Assembly: GCF_033153115.1 (NCBI RefSeq)
Contig: NW_026889803.1
Location: forward strand, 7,874,001 to 7,938,000
Direction: 5' to 3'
Source of the DNA: Saccostrea echinata
Lineage: Eukaryota
DNA length: 64,000 bases
A program made the translations under genes and the position numbers. Below, one piece after another: positions 51,472 through 64,000 of the stretch. Below the pieces are notes generated by a model, which saw nothing but the letters and a program-made list of their open reading frames with translations, had not been told where the DNA came from and made no database searches. How positions within the stretch are numbered: the first letter of the stretch is position 1; every line of letters begins with the position of its first letter.

Positions 51472-54400
51472 CCAGTGTAACGACAAAAAAGTGACCCCCG
51501 TAGAACATTGACCAGGGGGTGTCAAATTTCTACGTAGAAAAATGACCCCCCCTTCCGGTTTATATTCTGCGGCAAGTAGGATCATTTTTTGACCGTAGAA
51601 AACCCTTCCAGGCCGGTAATTCTACGACTCCAAACACGTTGAAAAATGCCCCCCCCCTAGAAATCTGACCCCTACTTTTTTACTATATTATATTAAAAAA
51701 AAAACCCCTTAGAAATCAGATGTGATACACGTTCATCCCAAGGTTATGGAAGGGTTGGCGAAGATCCAGGGATAACTGCGTTTCCAAATTTTTTTTATAT
51801 TATCATTTATTAATTTTTTAATCATTATTTTTCCCAATGAGTAAATATATTTTTATTATTGGGGAGTATTAATCTCACACCATCCCTCTCTCTCTTCCTC
51901 CCTCTCTGCATTTCTCCACTCCTCCCCATCCCCTACCCCCTCTCATTCTACCCACTATCTCTCTCTCTCTCTCTCTTTCTTTATTTTTTGTCTGTCTGAC
52001 TCGATTTATCTCTGAACTTTCGAAATAAATTATATATATACATAATTGATAGATGTTTCATAGTTATTTACAATGAAAAATAATGGGAAAAATACTTTTT
52101 CTACAATAAAGAGAAAATTCTTATCGTTATTTTAAAAGAAATTATAAAATGTTTATTCTTGATCTTTTTACTTTAAAATGGATTTAGCAGTATTGTTTAT
52201 TTGTACAAAAAATGAATGTAATTTAAAATTATAAGGGCGATAACTTTACACAACAGAAAAAACTGCTTCCAAGTTCACAATTAGATCATTGCGTTGTTTG
52301 CGTATTTAATGAACAGAAGTTTTATATGCTTGAAGATCAATACTTATATGTTTACTAACATGCAAGGAAGATGATATGTCAGCTTGAAATCCCAGTTGAA
52401 TATTATTTGTTGTACCTTATGCAAAGTGGGTGAGCGGCTGATGCCTTAAATTATCCACATACTGAGGGGAGGTCTATAAGATATTCTTTATTTGACCAAG
52501 TATGTAATTAGGGTTTGACATTCACTATCCCTTTCCCTTGTATGCATTCAGTTTACCTAAATTTTACATTTTTATAATTTTTGTCCTGTTGAATGTTAGC
52601 CAAAATTCATAATTTGCATCATGACTGCCTCGTTGTTCGACGCATTACCCAGTATGTTATTTTTTTTCTCATTGCATATAGATGTTCGTTTGGTGCTTCA
52701 TTTGGTACTGTTAATTATAAATAAACGTACAATTAACCTTTACTTGTTGCATGGTTCTCCTCTTACCACAGATTCCCACTTAACATTTTTGAATGGATAG
52801 TGTTAAATGATTAACCGTTGGGCCATCAGTGTTTGAGTAAATGTTCACCTTATAACAGGTCTTAGCCATGCTTCTGGGAAAATTACAATCATTCAATTAT
52901 TAAGCAGTAGAACCATTCAATAAAGAATAGAGTCATGTAAAGTATGTGCTTAGAAATTGTTACAAGGTTGTCTCTGTCGCGCATACCGCCTGAGTTTGTA
53001 AATCGTAAAACATTTAAAACAGAATTCATTTCTTAATAATTTAAGTAATGAAAAGGACCAGGTGAGGGTGTAGGGGGAGCGAACATGTTAGAAATTCGAA
53101 ATTTCTTGAGAAGCCAAAAAAAAAAATAATGCCCTCAGACCTTATTTATATATATGACAGGAGCAAAAATAGGAAGAACCATACTGCAGTGCAGTATGGA
53201 GTGCAGTGCAATGCAATGGAGACAAGCCAATCTTATTTACAATAAAGTATCAATCCTGGGCTCAATGTGTAAAATAATAGGATGATCACATCATACTCAG
53301 GACAAAGATATGTGAATTAGACTGAGAAGCTTTTTCGTAATGCAATAATGCAACATTCGTTTTTTTCTATTGGTAAAACTTTTACACTGCCGTGTATAGG
53401 CTTGTGTCAATTCTTGGTATACCAAACACCTCTTTTTTTAATCAATTGATTTTTTTATATAAAAAGCCTCATTTTGTTAAGGAATTTGTTGACACTAGCA
53501 AACGACAAAAGATATTGGTAAAGTTTTATAGCTAATCACTAATATGCTCCCGATATCGAAGGTCAGATGCATATTGATTTAGTTCTACGTGTTATTTTTT
53601 CACATATTCAATCTTCCCTATATTTTTATGAGAAGAAGTTTGAGACTCTATTCATAGAAAATCAAATATATTTACGAGATCGAATTTCCTTATCAATCTT
53701 GCATTTTTTTTTCACACAAATTTATTTGGGTAGTATGGAATTCCATATACGACAGCCAACTGCTTACTGCCAACTGCTCACTGGTTACTGCCAACTGCCA
53801 GCTGCTTACTGCCAACTGCTAACTGCTTACTGCCAATTGCCACTGTTTAACATTTTTTTTTATTTATCTTAATATCTTTAATTCACATGCTTGAATAAAT
53901 CTTATAAATCTTCTGATAGCAAGAAATGAATGGCGAACGATAGTATAGTTCTGCTAACTACCTCCCATTCAATTTTCATAAATTAACAATTTGTAAAACT
54001 TGTGTTTTTCACTATAGAAATCAACTGAAAACAGAAATTTATTTTCAAAACACCCCCACCCCCACCGTGAAACAATAATTCCTTTTAACAGGTATTATGA
54101 ATTGTTATTTCAGAAATTCATACCAAAGGTTTTGCTGTTTCACCGGGGAGGGGGGGGGGGCATATGTTTACAGACTAAAAACTAGAAGATAGTCATTTTA
54201 TTACCAATTTCAAATTAAAAATTCCTGAATCCGCCAATTTTTGTTATTATTGTAATATTCTTGCATAGGGTTTATTCAAGCATGCGTATTAAAGATATTA
54301 AAGATAACAAAACAGGCAATATCATCTCTAATAGCCACAGAACGTCATTATAGCCTGTAAGGTTTTCCTTTAATGGGGATAAAACATCTTGTATTAATAA

Positions 54401-54649
54401 AGTATAGTATATAACCTTTCAATTTCGTCATTTTTACTTTAAAGCTTTTAGAAATGAACACTTCATATCATAAGGCTGTGTGATTTAACCCCTATGTATT
54501 TGCCTAACAAGAATTTTTCTACCAAAACCATGCAGTTTTTTTTAATAAAAAAATGACACAGGGTCATTTTTCTACAGGGTCATTTTTCTACGTAGAAAAA
54601 TAATCCCCGGTCAATATTCTACGGGGGTCACTTTTCGTCGTTACACTGG
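51472..54649. mobile_element. 3.2-kb non-autonomous DNA transposon with long TIRs
   Basis: CCAGTGTAACGACAAAAAAGTGACCCCCGTAGAA...TTTCTACGTAGAAAAATGACCC is mirrored at 54560-54649. No coding capacity and no clear TSD. Confidence 0.75.
53752..53844. repeat. 7/21-bp minisatellite (ACTGCCA/ACTGCTT)n
   Basis: Direct tandem units. They produce the spurious YCQL repeats in ORF 53567-53872. Confidence 0.85.
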
Positions 54650-54746
54650 CCGATATATACATGTAAGAGTTGTCATAGAACGAAAAATTATGATTACTTC
54701 AGTGCCCCCCCCCCCCCCCCCAAAACCCACAAGAAAATGATTAAAG

Positions 54747-56314
54747 TACGGAAGCCCGTTGAGGCCTACGGAAGCCCGTTGAGGCCAATTCAGAGAGAGA
54801 AATATTTTTTATTGCGATTAAACGCAATAATTATTGCGTTTAATCGCAAAACATTGCGTTTAATCGCAATAATCATTGCGTTTAAACGCAAAAGATTGCG
54901 TTTAATCGCAATGTATATTGCGTTTAAACGCAAAACACTTTGCGTTTAATCGCAAAAGATTGCGATTAAACGCAATCTTTTGCGTTTAAACGCAATACTT
55001 TTGCGATTAAACGCAATAATTTTTGCGTTTAATCGCAATGATATTTTTGCGTTTAAACGCAATAATTTTTGCGTTTAAACGCAATACTTTTTGCGTTTAA
55101 ACGCAATAATCTTTGAGTTCAATGGCAATAATCTTTGTGTTTAAAGGCAGTCATTTGTATCAAACCTTGCAGAGAACAATGGACCCACGCATACTTATAT
55201 CTTTTATTTCTTTCTCTTTTTACTTATTAGGAAATTGTGTGTTGTCTATATAGAATCAGATTTCTCCGAGCAAACACTCTCTGAAAGGTAAATCACTAAT
55301 AAGAATTTTTAGAGGAGAAAAAAATGTCGGGTTGTAAAAACAAAGGAATCCTAAGAACGAGACATGTCTTAAGCTTATTCTTTACATTTTTAATGAAGTT
55401 TCGGTCAGTTGTTCTGATGAAAAAAACTGTCCCATACGTTGCAGTCACAAGTTTAAATCATGTATAAAGGGATTTTTGGAAAGGACTGAGGAAATGTTGG
55501 AATTACGTACAACATGATGAAGTATTTAGACTTCAATGTACATTCATAACCCTTCCTATGGTTGCATACAGTAAACACAAGAACATATGTGATGGATTTA
55601 TATGAGGTCAAAATCAAAATCAAATGAAAACAGATTGATCGATGTGTACTACATGTATCAAATTGAAAAGTGCTATTAATACCACTGAAACTTTCTCTAT
55701 AAGTTATGATACACGTAAGCAATTGATCAGAGACTTCATTAAGAGTTTTGGGTTCTAATACATTTAAGACATTCAGGTTGTTAAGATGCCATTGTTTTAT
55801 TACAATTTTCAAAAACTGGAAAATTTTGCAAAAAGACACAGAACAAATCGGATCTTCTTAAAGTTGAAGTGTCGGGTCCTAGTACATGTAATTATAAGCT
55901 TTGACTAATTCATGTTTGATTTTGAAACTACAGTATCATTGTGTTTAAATGCAAAGCAAATCCTTATAAGGAAGGATTATTGCGTTTAAACGCAAAGATT
56001 ATTGCGTTTAATTGCAAAATTATTGCGTTTAATCGCAATACTATTGCGTTTAATCGCAAAAGTATTGCGTTTAATCGCAAAAGTATTGCGTTTAAACGCA
56101 AAAGATTGCGTTTAATTGCAATCTTTTGCGTTTAAACGCAAAGTGTTTTGCGTTTAAACGCAATATACATTGCGATTAATTGCAATCTTTTGCGTTTAAA
56201 CGCAATAATAATTGCGATTAAACGCAATGTTTTGCGTTTAAACGCAATAATTATTGCGTTTAAACGCAATAAAAAATATTTCTTTCTCTGAACTGGCCTC
56301 AACGGGCTTCCGTA
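54747..56314. mobile_element. IS3EU-like non-autonomous foldback element with palindromic subrepeat arrays
   Basis: Termini TACGGAAGCCCGTTGAGGCC / GGCCTCAACGGGCTTCCGTA, 6-bp TSD TTAAAG, and arrays of TTGCGTTTAAACGCAA at 54812-55145 and 55980-56270. Confidence 0.82.
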
Positions 56315-56430
56315 TTAAAGCATTTTCTAGTTGTTTTTTTTTTCTTAATGTAAGTGAGCTTATTTCCTATGACATGTTTCTTCCGGATGTGCGCACTTAG
56401 CGAGAGTAATATGTTTTTGGTCTGACTGGT

Positions 56431-58261
56431 ATGGAAGATCGTGACCACCACGGACATCACTTTACCAACTTCTACGTCACTACGACCGTACAGTCCAGAC
56501 GAAATTTTAGAATCATCATGGAAGCTTTCACAGTTTACTTTTTGTCCATGGAAATTGTCATCCTTACGCACCGTCAAATAACAAATCAGAATAATTTTGC
56601 TCATGGTAAGCCCAGGGCTTTTCTTTTTAAAATACTGGATAAATTGAGAAAAAAATAAATCAAGAGTATTTTTTTTAAGTTTGTGTCGAAACAGATTTTG
56701 ACCGAAATGTCAAAAACCCAAGTGAAGATACATTTTCGGCTATTTCAGATTATGCTTTCGAAATCATCATATCAGCTTTTGGGTTAGGTATCATAATGCA
56801 GATAATTTTGTTATTAAAAGACTTCCCAACAGGGGTGATATATGAATGCATGAACGAGTGGCACAAACTTCAACTCTTTTTGCATTTTGGAGGATGTAAG
56901 TAAACGTTTAACTCTTCACAATATTCTAATACATGTAAATCCGATTTAAAAAATGATATCATACAACAGTAGATGTATATTGGACCAAAGGACGTGTATA
57001 AAATCCACAACCCTAATATAAATCCCTCAACTATTGGAATCTTTTCCCCATACATACTAGTATATATTTTTAAAGACATACCTTCATGAAAAATAGGGGG
57101 GAAATAAATTTTTTTCATATTAAATAATTTAACCCCCCCCCCATCTTATAAACACACACCCTTACCCTCACACTACACCTTTAACGCAAAGAACGAGGTA
57201 ATTTCTACATTTTGATCTCAATATATAATTGACTTAAATCAAGAGTTTTTTGTTTTAGTCTGCTCTCTTTCATTAGTTGTACTAAGTTTTCCACCATTGT
57301 ATGTTTCGCTAGCGTTTAACAAAACTAATATCATTGTCCTTCCTTCGTATAGATTTTGAAACAGAAAAAAGTTAAAATGTCTTTATTATTTCTCTCATAT
57401 TCAATCATCAATTTTAAAAATGAACTGCCACTTTGTAAGTCGATACATGTAAAAAGCTATACAAAAAAAATCCATTGAACGTGTTCCAGTTGCTAGTAAC
57501 TTTCTTTAAGATCTGTCTAATGCATTTGATCTTCAAAACTGTCTGTCCTTCTTGAATCCATATATATATAACTGATTATATGTTTACTTTCTTTCCTTTT
57601 TTCTTTATATACTTGTCTATTTTTTGACCCTTGACTGTAATTTTTGTTTGTATACATGTGTATATGTTCCTCTTGTACCAGTGATCTGGTTTTTAGTGAA
57701 AAAAGAATTGAAATTGATTAAAATCTACCTTAGAAATTATATGCAATTTACACTTATAGTTTTAAAATATTTTTTTAAACATTTTTCTCTCTCTCAGTTT
57801 TTTCAACAGCAATGGGCATCATCGCTATGGCAGTTTCAGAAACTACTGTTGAAGAACATGAATTCACAGTTACAGTGGCTGCTTTAGTGACGTCAATAAT
57901 TAACGCAACTTGGTACACCATTTCCAAAATCTACGAAAAAGCCGTGAATTTGTCTATTCCTGCCATAACCGTAACCGACACTGGCAAAGAAGAGACTATA
58001 GTGCTAGAAGGGCCATTTGGTGTCAGATCATGGCTACAAACTCCGAGACATAGACGGCAAGACGGACATTTCCTGGTGGCCCCGGATATTTCGGGCTCCC
58101 AGCCCATTCACAAGGAAGGCAGTCGGTTTATGAGAGTACCATCAGAAATGTTGTTAGAACAAGCCTTGAATCGGGAGAGGTATCAAGAAGAGATGTCAAG
58201 CCTTGGGCGAAATTTGTCTGCGGGATATCAAAAGAATAATGAAAACCTTGAAGTCCTTTAG
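56431..58261 (+). CDS. Uncharacterised two-exon protein
   Basis: Exon 56431-56605 (donor G|GTAAG, phase 1) splices in frame to 57798-58261, which contains the 149-aa ORF. The start could be 56431, 56518 or 57812. No family recognised. Confidence 0.6.
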
Positions 58262-58438
58262 AGAAGTCGTGAAACATGTTGCACGATAATGGACTGGTTC
58301 ATAGCGCTTGATGACATGGTTGCAAATGCATCGCTTTATGCATGGTAAACAAAATTACATGAACAATGATTCTTTCATATTGCTTTAATGTTAAGAATAT
58401 TTTATATACTCATAATCATTGCAAAATGTATGTCTTTT

Positions 58439-60770
58439 TCAAGGCTGTGACAATCGGTCATATATCTAGAAAAAGAAAATATATAGCATCACTACAAGAT
58501 GTACATACTTTTTAACTCTCGTCAGATTATATAGTGCATCTTAATATATTATTTTCATACTTACAAAAAGGAGTAAACCATCAAACTCATTCTTTTCAAT
58601 AAGGTTATCCTCTGTAAATAAATTAAAAAACGTAACTTGCAGACATCTTGATGATAGATTGTTCACAGACACTGAATGGGTTCATCTCTTCAAACACTCT
58701 TGGCGCCTACTTTCAAAAAGTTTACATTCCCATATTTAATCTGTCGTCTGTGTTTTCTTGCTCTTATTGCTGTGCATGTTATTTAAAACTTAAACATAAC
58801 TCACTATTATGGTCTGCGGCGGTGAACAATTCCTGGATGTCATTGTGACAAACAGCACCACTGTGGTCCATGTCAAAGTGCTGGAATACATGTACCGACG
58901 CTTGATGTGTGTCCTGGTAATTATGCTGCCATTGGTGAACAAACTCGTGACTCACGGCGCAACCGCTTCCTAGAAAAAAAAATGAAAATCGTATATATCG
59001 TGACCACCTTTTCCAGATCATCAGGTAATGAATCCTGTATATATTCCAACTATGTGGTGAACATATTTTTAGGTGTTTGTTTTTGTCCGTCGTCGTGCGT
59101 CATCCGTCGTTCGTAAACTTTTTCAGCTTCTCTGCATAAGCTGCTGAACAAATTGAACCCGATTTTGGTATGTAGCATCTATGGGTAAAGGAGAACATAA
59201 ATTGTTAATTTATGGCCTATGAGGTCGGAGGGATGGAGTTAAAATCTTCAAAATTAAAGTAATCTCTTTACTCCAGTCAAACTGTATGACTGTAATGAGC
59301 ATTGAGCCATCTACAACAATTACCGTATGAAATTTATGGCCCCATGGTCAAGATTATAAAATTAAAGGCCCCTAGGTCAGGGGTTTTTGTGTTAGGACAG
59401 GGCTCTATTGAACATAATTATAGTGAAAATGATTATTTTTTTGAAAATCTTTGTCATCTACAAAGAAACTAACTGCATGGTTATGATGAGCAAGGGTGCT
59501 TCTTCTAAAATTATAGAATTCGGAGCTCCTTGCTCAGAGGTTCTTCTTTTCGGACGGGTCTCTATTGATTATATACTGAAAATACATTAACTCTTTTAAA
59601 ATTTTCTTACTAGTATCTGCTCTATGTTTAAGCAGATAATCTAAGTGAATGGATATTATGAGCAGTGCCTTTTGAGAAATTTATTGCCCCTGGATTAGGG
59701 GTTCTAGTGTTAGAGCGGACTCTATTAAATATATTTTAAAATTCATTAATTCTTTGAAAATCTTTTCGTCTGCCCCTGGGTAGATGAACTAAGTGCATGG
59801 TTATGATGAGCAAGGTTTGTAAATTTCATGGCCCCTGAGTCAGGGTGTCTGGTGTTAGGACAGGGCTCTTTAAATTATATAGCGCTGGACAGGGTTCTAT
59901 TTATCTCGTAGGGAAATTTATACTCTACTCTGAGAGAAGTTATTCCCCTTTGATTGCCAAGGTATGATAATTGATGACATAATGCAATTGATTTGTCGAT
60001 TAGAATAAAAGAATTAATTTATACAAGAATTTGAGTGTGATATACAAAAAGTAATTTTATAGATTTTATTGTCAAGAGGACTTGTAAATAATAAATAATT
60101 AAAAATGCGGTAAAAATACTCCATATTTGTACATAAATGTTATCCAAGACCAATTAAGAGAGAACATGTGGTCTATGTTATACTGTTTTATGTGATCATG
60201 CACTATTGTGACAGCGTTGTTTAGTCTGGTGATAGTGACAAATGGGTCTGGAGTGTTTTGGCACTGGCGAGTACAGGCAAGTAAATAGATCTACATTTTT
60301 ACCTTGAGTTGGTGCTGAATACTAGACTAACTATTTTTGCTGAATTCTGATCGTCCTACTTCTCTTGTTTGGGGGCGAAATATTTTCATCTTATCTGTTA
60401 ATTTTGTTACTTCTATGGATCCTTCACAGTGTTGTACTTTACTCAGATGACCGCTAAGGCTCTTGGGCCTCTTGTTACTTTTTGCTGAGAAAAATATCAT
60501 ATGTATTGTATTTTGCAGTCATAAGAATTATTGAGTAAACCTTCCGATAAGGTGCCTCTCTAAAAACTGGAGTTTTTAATCTCAAGATTGATAATCTACA
60601 AATATATTATGTCCTTACCATCATGATCAAAGTTTGTGACAAATTCTCGCTCTAATTCAGCCAGGGACAAATGACCATCAAGGTCAAGGTCTCCTAGTGC
60701 CCAGAGTTTGTCCGTTAATTCCCAGATGGTCAGCTGGCCACCATGGGGATTTCCCCCATGAGGACTATTG
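58439..60770 (-). CDS. Four-EF-hand calcium-binding protein (5' exon unresolved)
   Basis: Phase-consistent exons 60619-60770, 58805-58969, 58565-58611, 58439-58465. Loops DLDLDGHLSLAE, DHDGSGCAVSHE, DMDHSGAVCHND and DHNKDNLIEKNE; ends IYDRLSQP*. Confidence 0.8.
59068..60476 (+). mobile_element. Degenerate Helentron-type non-autonomous element in EF-hand gene intron
   Basis: GTCCGTCGTCGTGCG tract, internal degenerate repeats, and 3' end CAGATGACCGCTAAGGCTCTTGGGCCTCTTGTT. Confidence 0.7.
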
Positions 60771-63234
60771 CTACAAAATATTATGTCACAAAATTATTTA
60801 GATAGATACGATGTTTAGTGATAATAATCAATGGCAATGGAATGGGTTTTATAAGTTCAAAGGAATCTAATCAAATACAACAAATTTGAAGGTCAAACTT
60901 CAATAATTCAGCGGTACGTTTATTTTCAAGCTTTTCGTGCTGCACTTGCTCGCTTCTTCGTTTGCACCATTCAGTAAATCTATACTCGTCTGAACTAGTA
61001 CTATATAGATAAAGATAAAATTATCAAGAACTCTATAAGCGATAATTTATTATAATACTGTTTTTAGATATGAAAAATACGATGAATTTTGAAAGCGCCA
61101 ATATATTGATGTTTACAATAAAAAAAAGTTCCTGTTTTCATCTGAAACTGCATATTATCAATTTAAGAACTAGCGACAACTTAAACGTTTTAAGTACATA
61201 GCAGTAATATTTTAACACTTTCATTTCATTGATCTCATAGGTACCGATTACTTTACAATTGGGGTATATATCTATTAAATTTCTTTTCCAATACGTACGT
61301 ACCAGATAATTCCCGAGAAGCAAATTGTCAAGAGAATAATCTCTTTCATACTCTTTATCTCGTTTGCAACGATTATTCAGATCACGACAATATATAAGTA
61401 CAAATACTTATCTTCAATCCACGTCTGGAAATACTTGTGCTATGAAAGACACCTATGTTGAGTGTTTAACGAGTTTAAGTACATAAATAGATAAATGTAT
61501 CGAACCTCATCTATATATTTTAATTCTATTCAGGCTCTGTAAAGTCTAACAATACATATAAATGGTAACATCAAAGTATACGTCAGATCTTAAATATATT
61601 ACAACATGTGCGTGTGTGATCAAAAAGTTTTTGATTGGTGTGGCAAAATACCATCAGTGTTTCAAATGTATATCGTTATATACTAATATACGCCATGTGT
61701 GCTTTCTTATTTTGCTTGGTCAGATAAGTAATCCCTTCTGACTGATTAGTTATGTTAGCATCTCAGAATCAATTTTAAGAATCATTGGTTGTGATTTGAT
61801 ATTTATTTATCAATCATTGTGGTAATTTTTGGTGATTGATGTAATTCACAGACATATATTTTCATTTTATACAGACTCCTTAGAACACCTGCAGTGTTGT
61901 AAGTGCTGTTTGTTTTAGAGCTGTGTTTATTTGTTTCTTTACTAGTTCTTCAATTGTCCTTTAATCATTTCTAAGCAAGTCATCTAAGGGGACCCCGATT
62001 TTTGAAGAAGGTGGCCGTGTAATATATTACCTGAACGATGGGCCCTACTTTGAACAGACTTGAATCTAAACTACATAATGTTTTAATATATTTATTGCCT
62101 TGTTTTTTCAAATATTTTTGCTTACGCATTCCCTTGAATAATTTTGACATTTCACCCCCTCTCCAAAATATGATCCTTTGCGAGGACATAAAAAAAACTG
62201 AAAATTACTCATCAGCTAGAAAATGTTATATAGTTTCTGTATATTGAAAAACAGGGACAAAAGAGTTGCAAAAGGTTTGACGCATGCACGTACGTGTAAA
62301 TACTAGTACAGACAAGATGTGAAGGGAAGTTGGTGTACAATTTAATTAAATTCCTGTATTTAAAGGCTAGAAATTGACTTCCGAGTTATTTCATCATCAG
62401 ACATACATTCTATTTCAATTTTAGGAATGAAATGTAATCTTTCAACGGTACTAATTTCAAAGCTTAAAAATTTGATTTAACTGTTTTTTCTTCAAACTGA
62501 TGGACATTATCTTGTAAATACATACAGGTTTAAGTTTTTCCTTCTACCAGTCAGTGTATAATTAAATAATTAAAAAAAATACATCAGCTGACCTGAACTT
62601 CGGCACATGAAAAGTATCTGTCAACTCCAAAAACATTCACGGTCAATCACATTGGTTCAAGCAACTCCTGCTCTTAAAACTTCGGTGACCTTCTCGGTAG
62701 TAACGCAACCTTAAACACCTATTTAGTACACTTTCAATAAAAATTTCCCAATTATGCATAAGGGATAATTTTTATACATTTTCTCTTTTCAATCAATGCT
62801 CTAAAATCAGCATATTCCACCTATTTTGCATCCAATGAGTTTTTAGAAAACTATTTCTATCTTTAGAATTGAACTTCTTGCATGGTCAATGGATAAGGGG
62901 TAAATTATGTGATCTTTTATTTGGACAACTACGAAGAAAGACAAAATGTTTTCTCTAAAACATTTGCTATTTTAGTCTGTGATCAACGATGTCTGAATCC
63001 TACGTATGGGTAAATTTATAAAAAAAAATGGCCAAATATATATCTATCAACCTGTACAAAAAAGCAGGCAATGGGAATAAATTTCTATGTCTCAGCATAT
63101 GTCTTTACATAGTGTCTAAATACCTGCCAAATATCTCATTGATATCTCAATTCACAAAAAAGTTATGCCCCAAAATGATGCTAAAAATATTAGGAGTGCA
63201 ACACCTTTTTATGACATTTTGAAAATTCAATATT

Positions 63235-63700
63235 TTTAGCTCACCTGAGCTGAAAGTTCAAGTGAGCTTTTCTGATCACCTGTTGTCCGTCGTCCGTCCG
63301 TCTGTCTGTCTGTCCGTCCGTCTATAAACTTTTCAATTTTCAACTTCTTCTCAAGAACCACTTGGCCAATTTTAACCAAAGTTGGTATAGAGCATTCTTG
63401 GGTGAAGGGGAGTTTAAATTATTAAAATGAAGGGCCAACCCCCCCTTACAAGGGGAGGTAATCAAGAAAAGACAAAAATAGGGTGGGGTCATTAAAAAAT
63501 CTTCTTCTCAAGAACCACTGGGCCAGAAAAGTTGAAACTTATGTGGAAGCATCCTTGGGTAATGTAGATTCTAAATTGTTCAAATCATGGCCCCTGAGGA
63601 TAGGGCGGGGCCACAATAGGGAATAAAAGTTTTACATTGAAATATATAGGCAAAATTTTTTTTAAAAAAAATTTCTTCTCAAGAACTACTGGGTATGATC
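63235..63700 (+). mobile_element. Helentron-type element 5' portion with ~165-bp satellite-like units
   Basis: TTTTAGCTCACCTGAGCTGAAAG..GTGAGCT start, (GTCC/GTCT)n tract and TTCTTCTCAAGAACCACT repeats. Confidence 0.82.
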
Positions 63701-64000
63701 TACATGTATATAGCCCCACTCTAGCACCAGAACGCCAGGAAAATATACTATAAAATATATTTTATCTTCTAAATATATATTTTAGCTAGTTTTTGACATA
63801 AATAAGGAATAATTCAAGATATAAAGCCAAGTTTAAATACTTTAATGTTTTTTTAATTATGAAGTATTGGACTATAAATATTACACAATTTCGTTACCAC
63901 ATGATGTTGCCAACACTTCATAAATTTTAATGTTCTATGGTTTTATTTTTTAATTTTACTGCAGTCAGGAGTGCAACAAAACCGTTTTAAAATATCAATG

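Noticed and set aside
53567-53872. ORF with YCQL repeats
   Set aside because: Produced by the minisatellite inside a non-coding element.
54812-56270. CRISPR-like array of palindromic repeats
   Set aside because: Spacers are only about 5 bp and not unique, there are no cas genes, the context is eukaryotic, and the arrays lie within TIR arms.

Overview
AT-rich eukaryotic genomic DNA with GT-AG spliced genes. The repeat families suggest a bivalve, probably an oyster (inference). I reconstructed seven spliced genes by hand: the 3' part of an ARM-repeat, importin-alpha-like gene (TMCO6-like, +); a CBM39+GH16 beta-1,3-glucan-binding protein/glucanase (-); a small secreted six-cysteine protein with a Thr/Pro tail (-); SART3 (-); PISD (+), head-to-head with SART3 with only 56 bp between the ATGs; an orphan two-exon ORF (+); and a four-EF-hand protein (-). 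Introns and intergenic DNA are dense in mobile elements: Helentron-type non-autonomous elements with internal satellite arrays, an intron-containing frameshifted hAT transposon with a 6-bp TSD, an IS3EU-like foldback element, Kolobok-, Harbinger- and mariner-type MITEs, micro-MITEs with 9-bp TSDs, and a SINE. The most striking object is a 442-bp miniature LTR retrotransposon in PISD intron 1 whose two LTRs each contain a tRNA-Lys-derived Pol III promoter. There are two assembly gaps (10663-10860, 18838-19007). Coordinates were counted by hand and may be off by a few bases.
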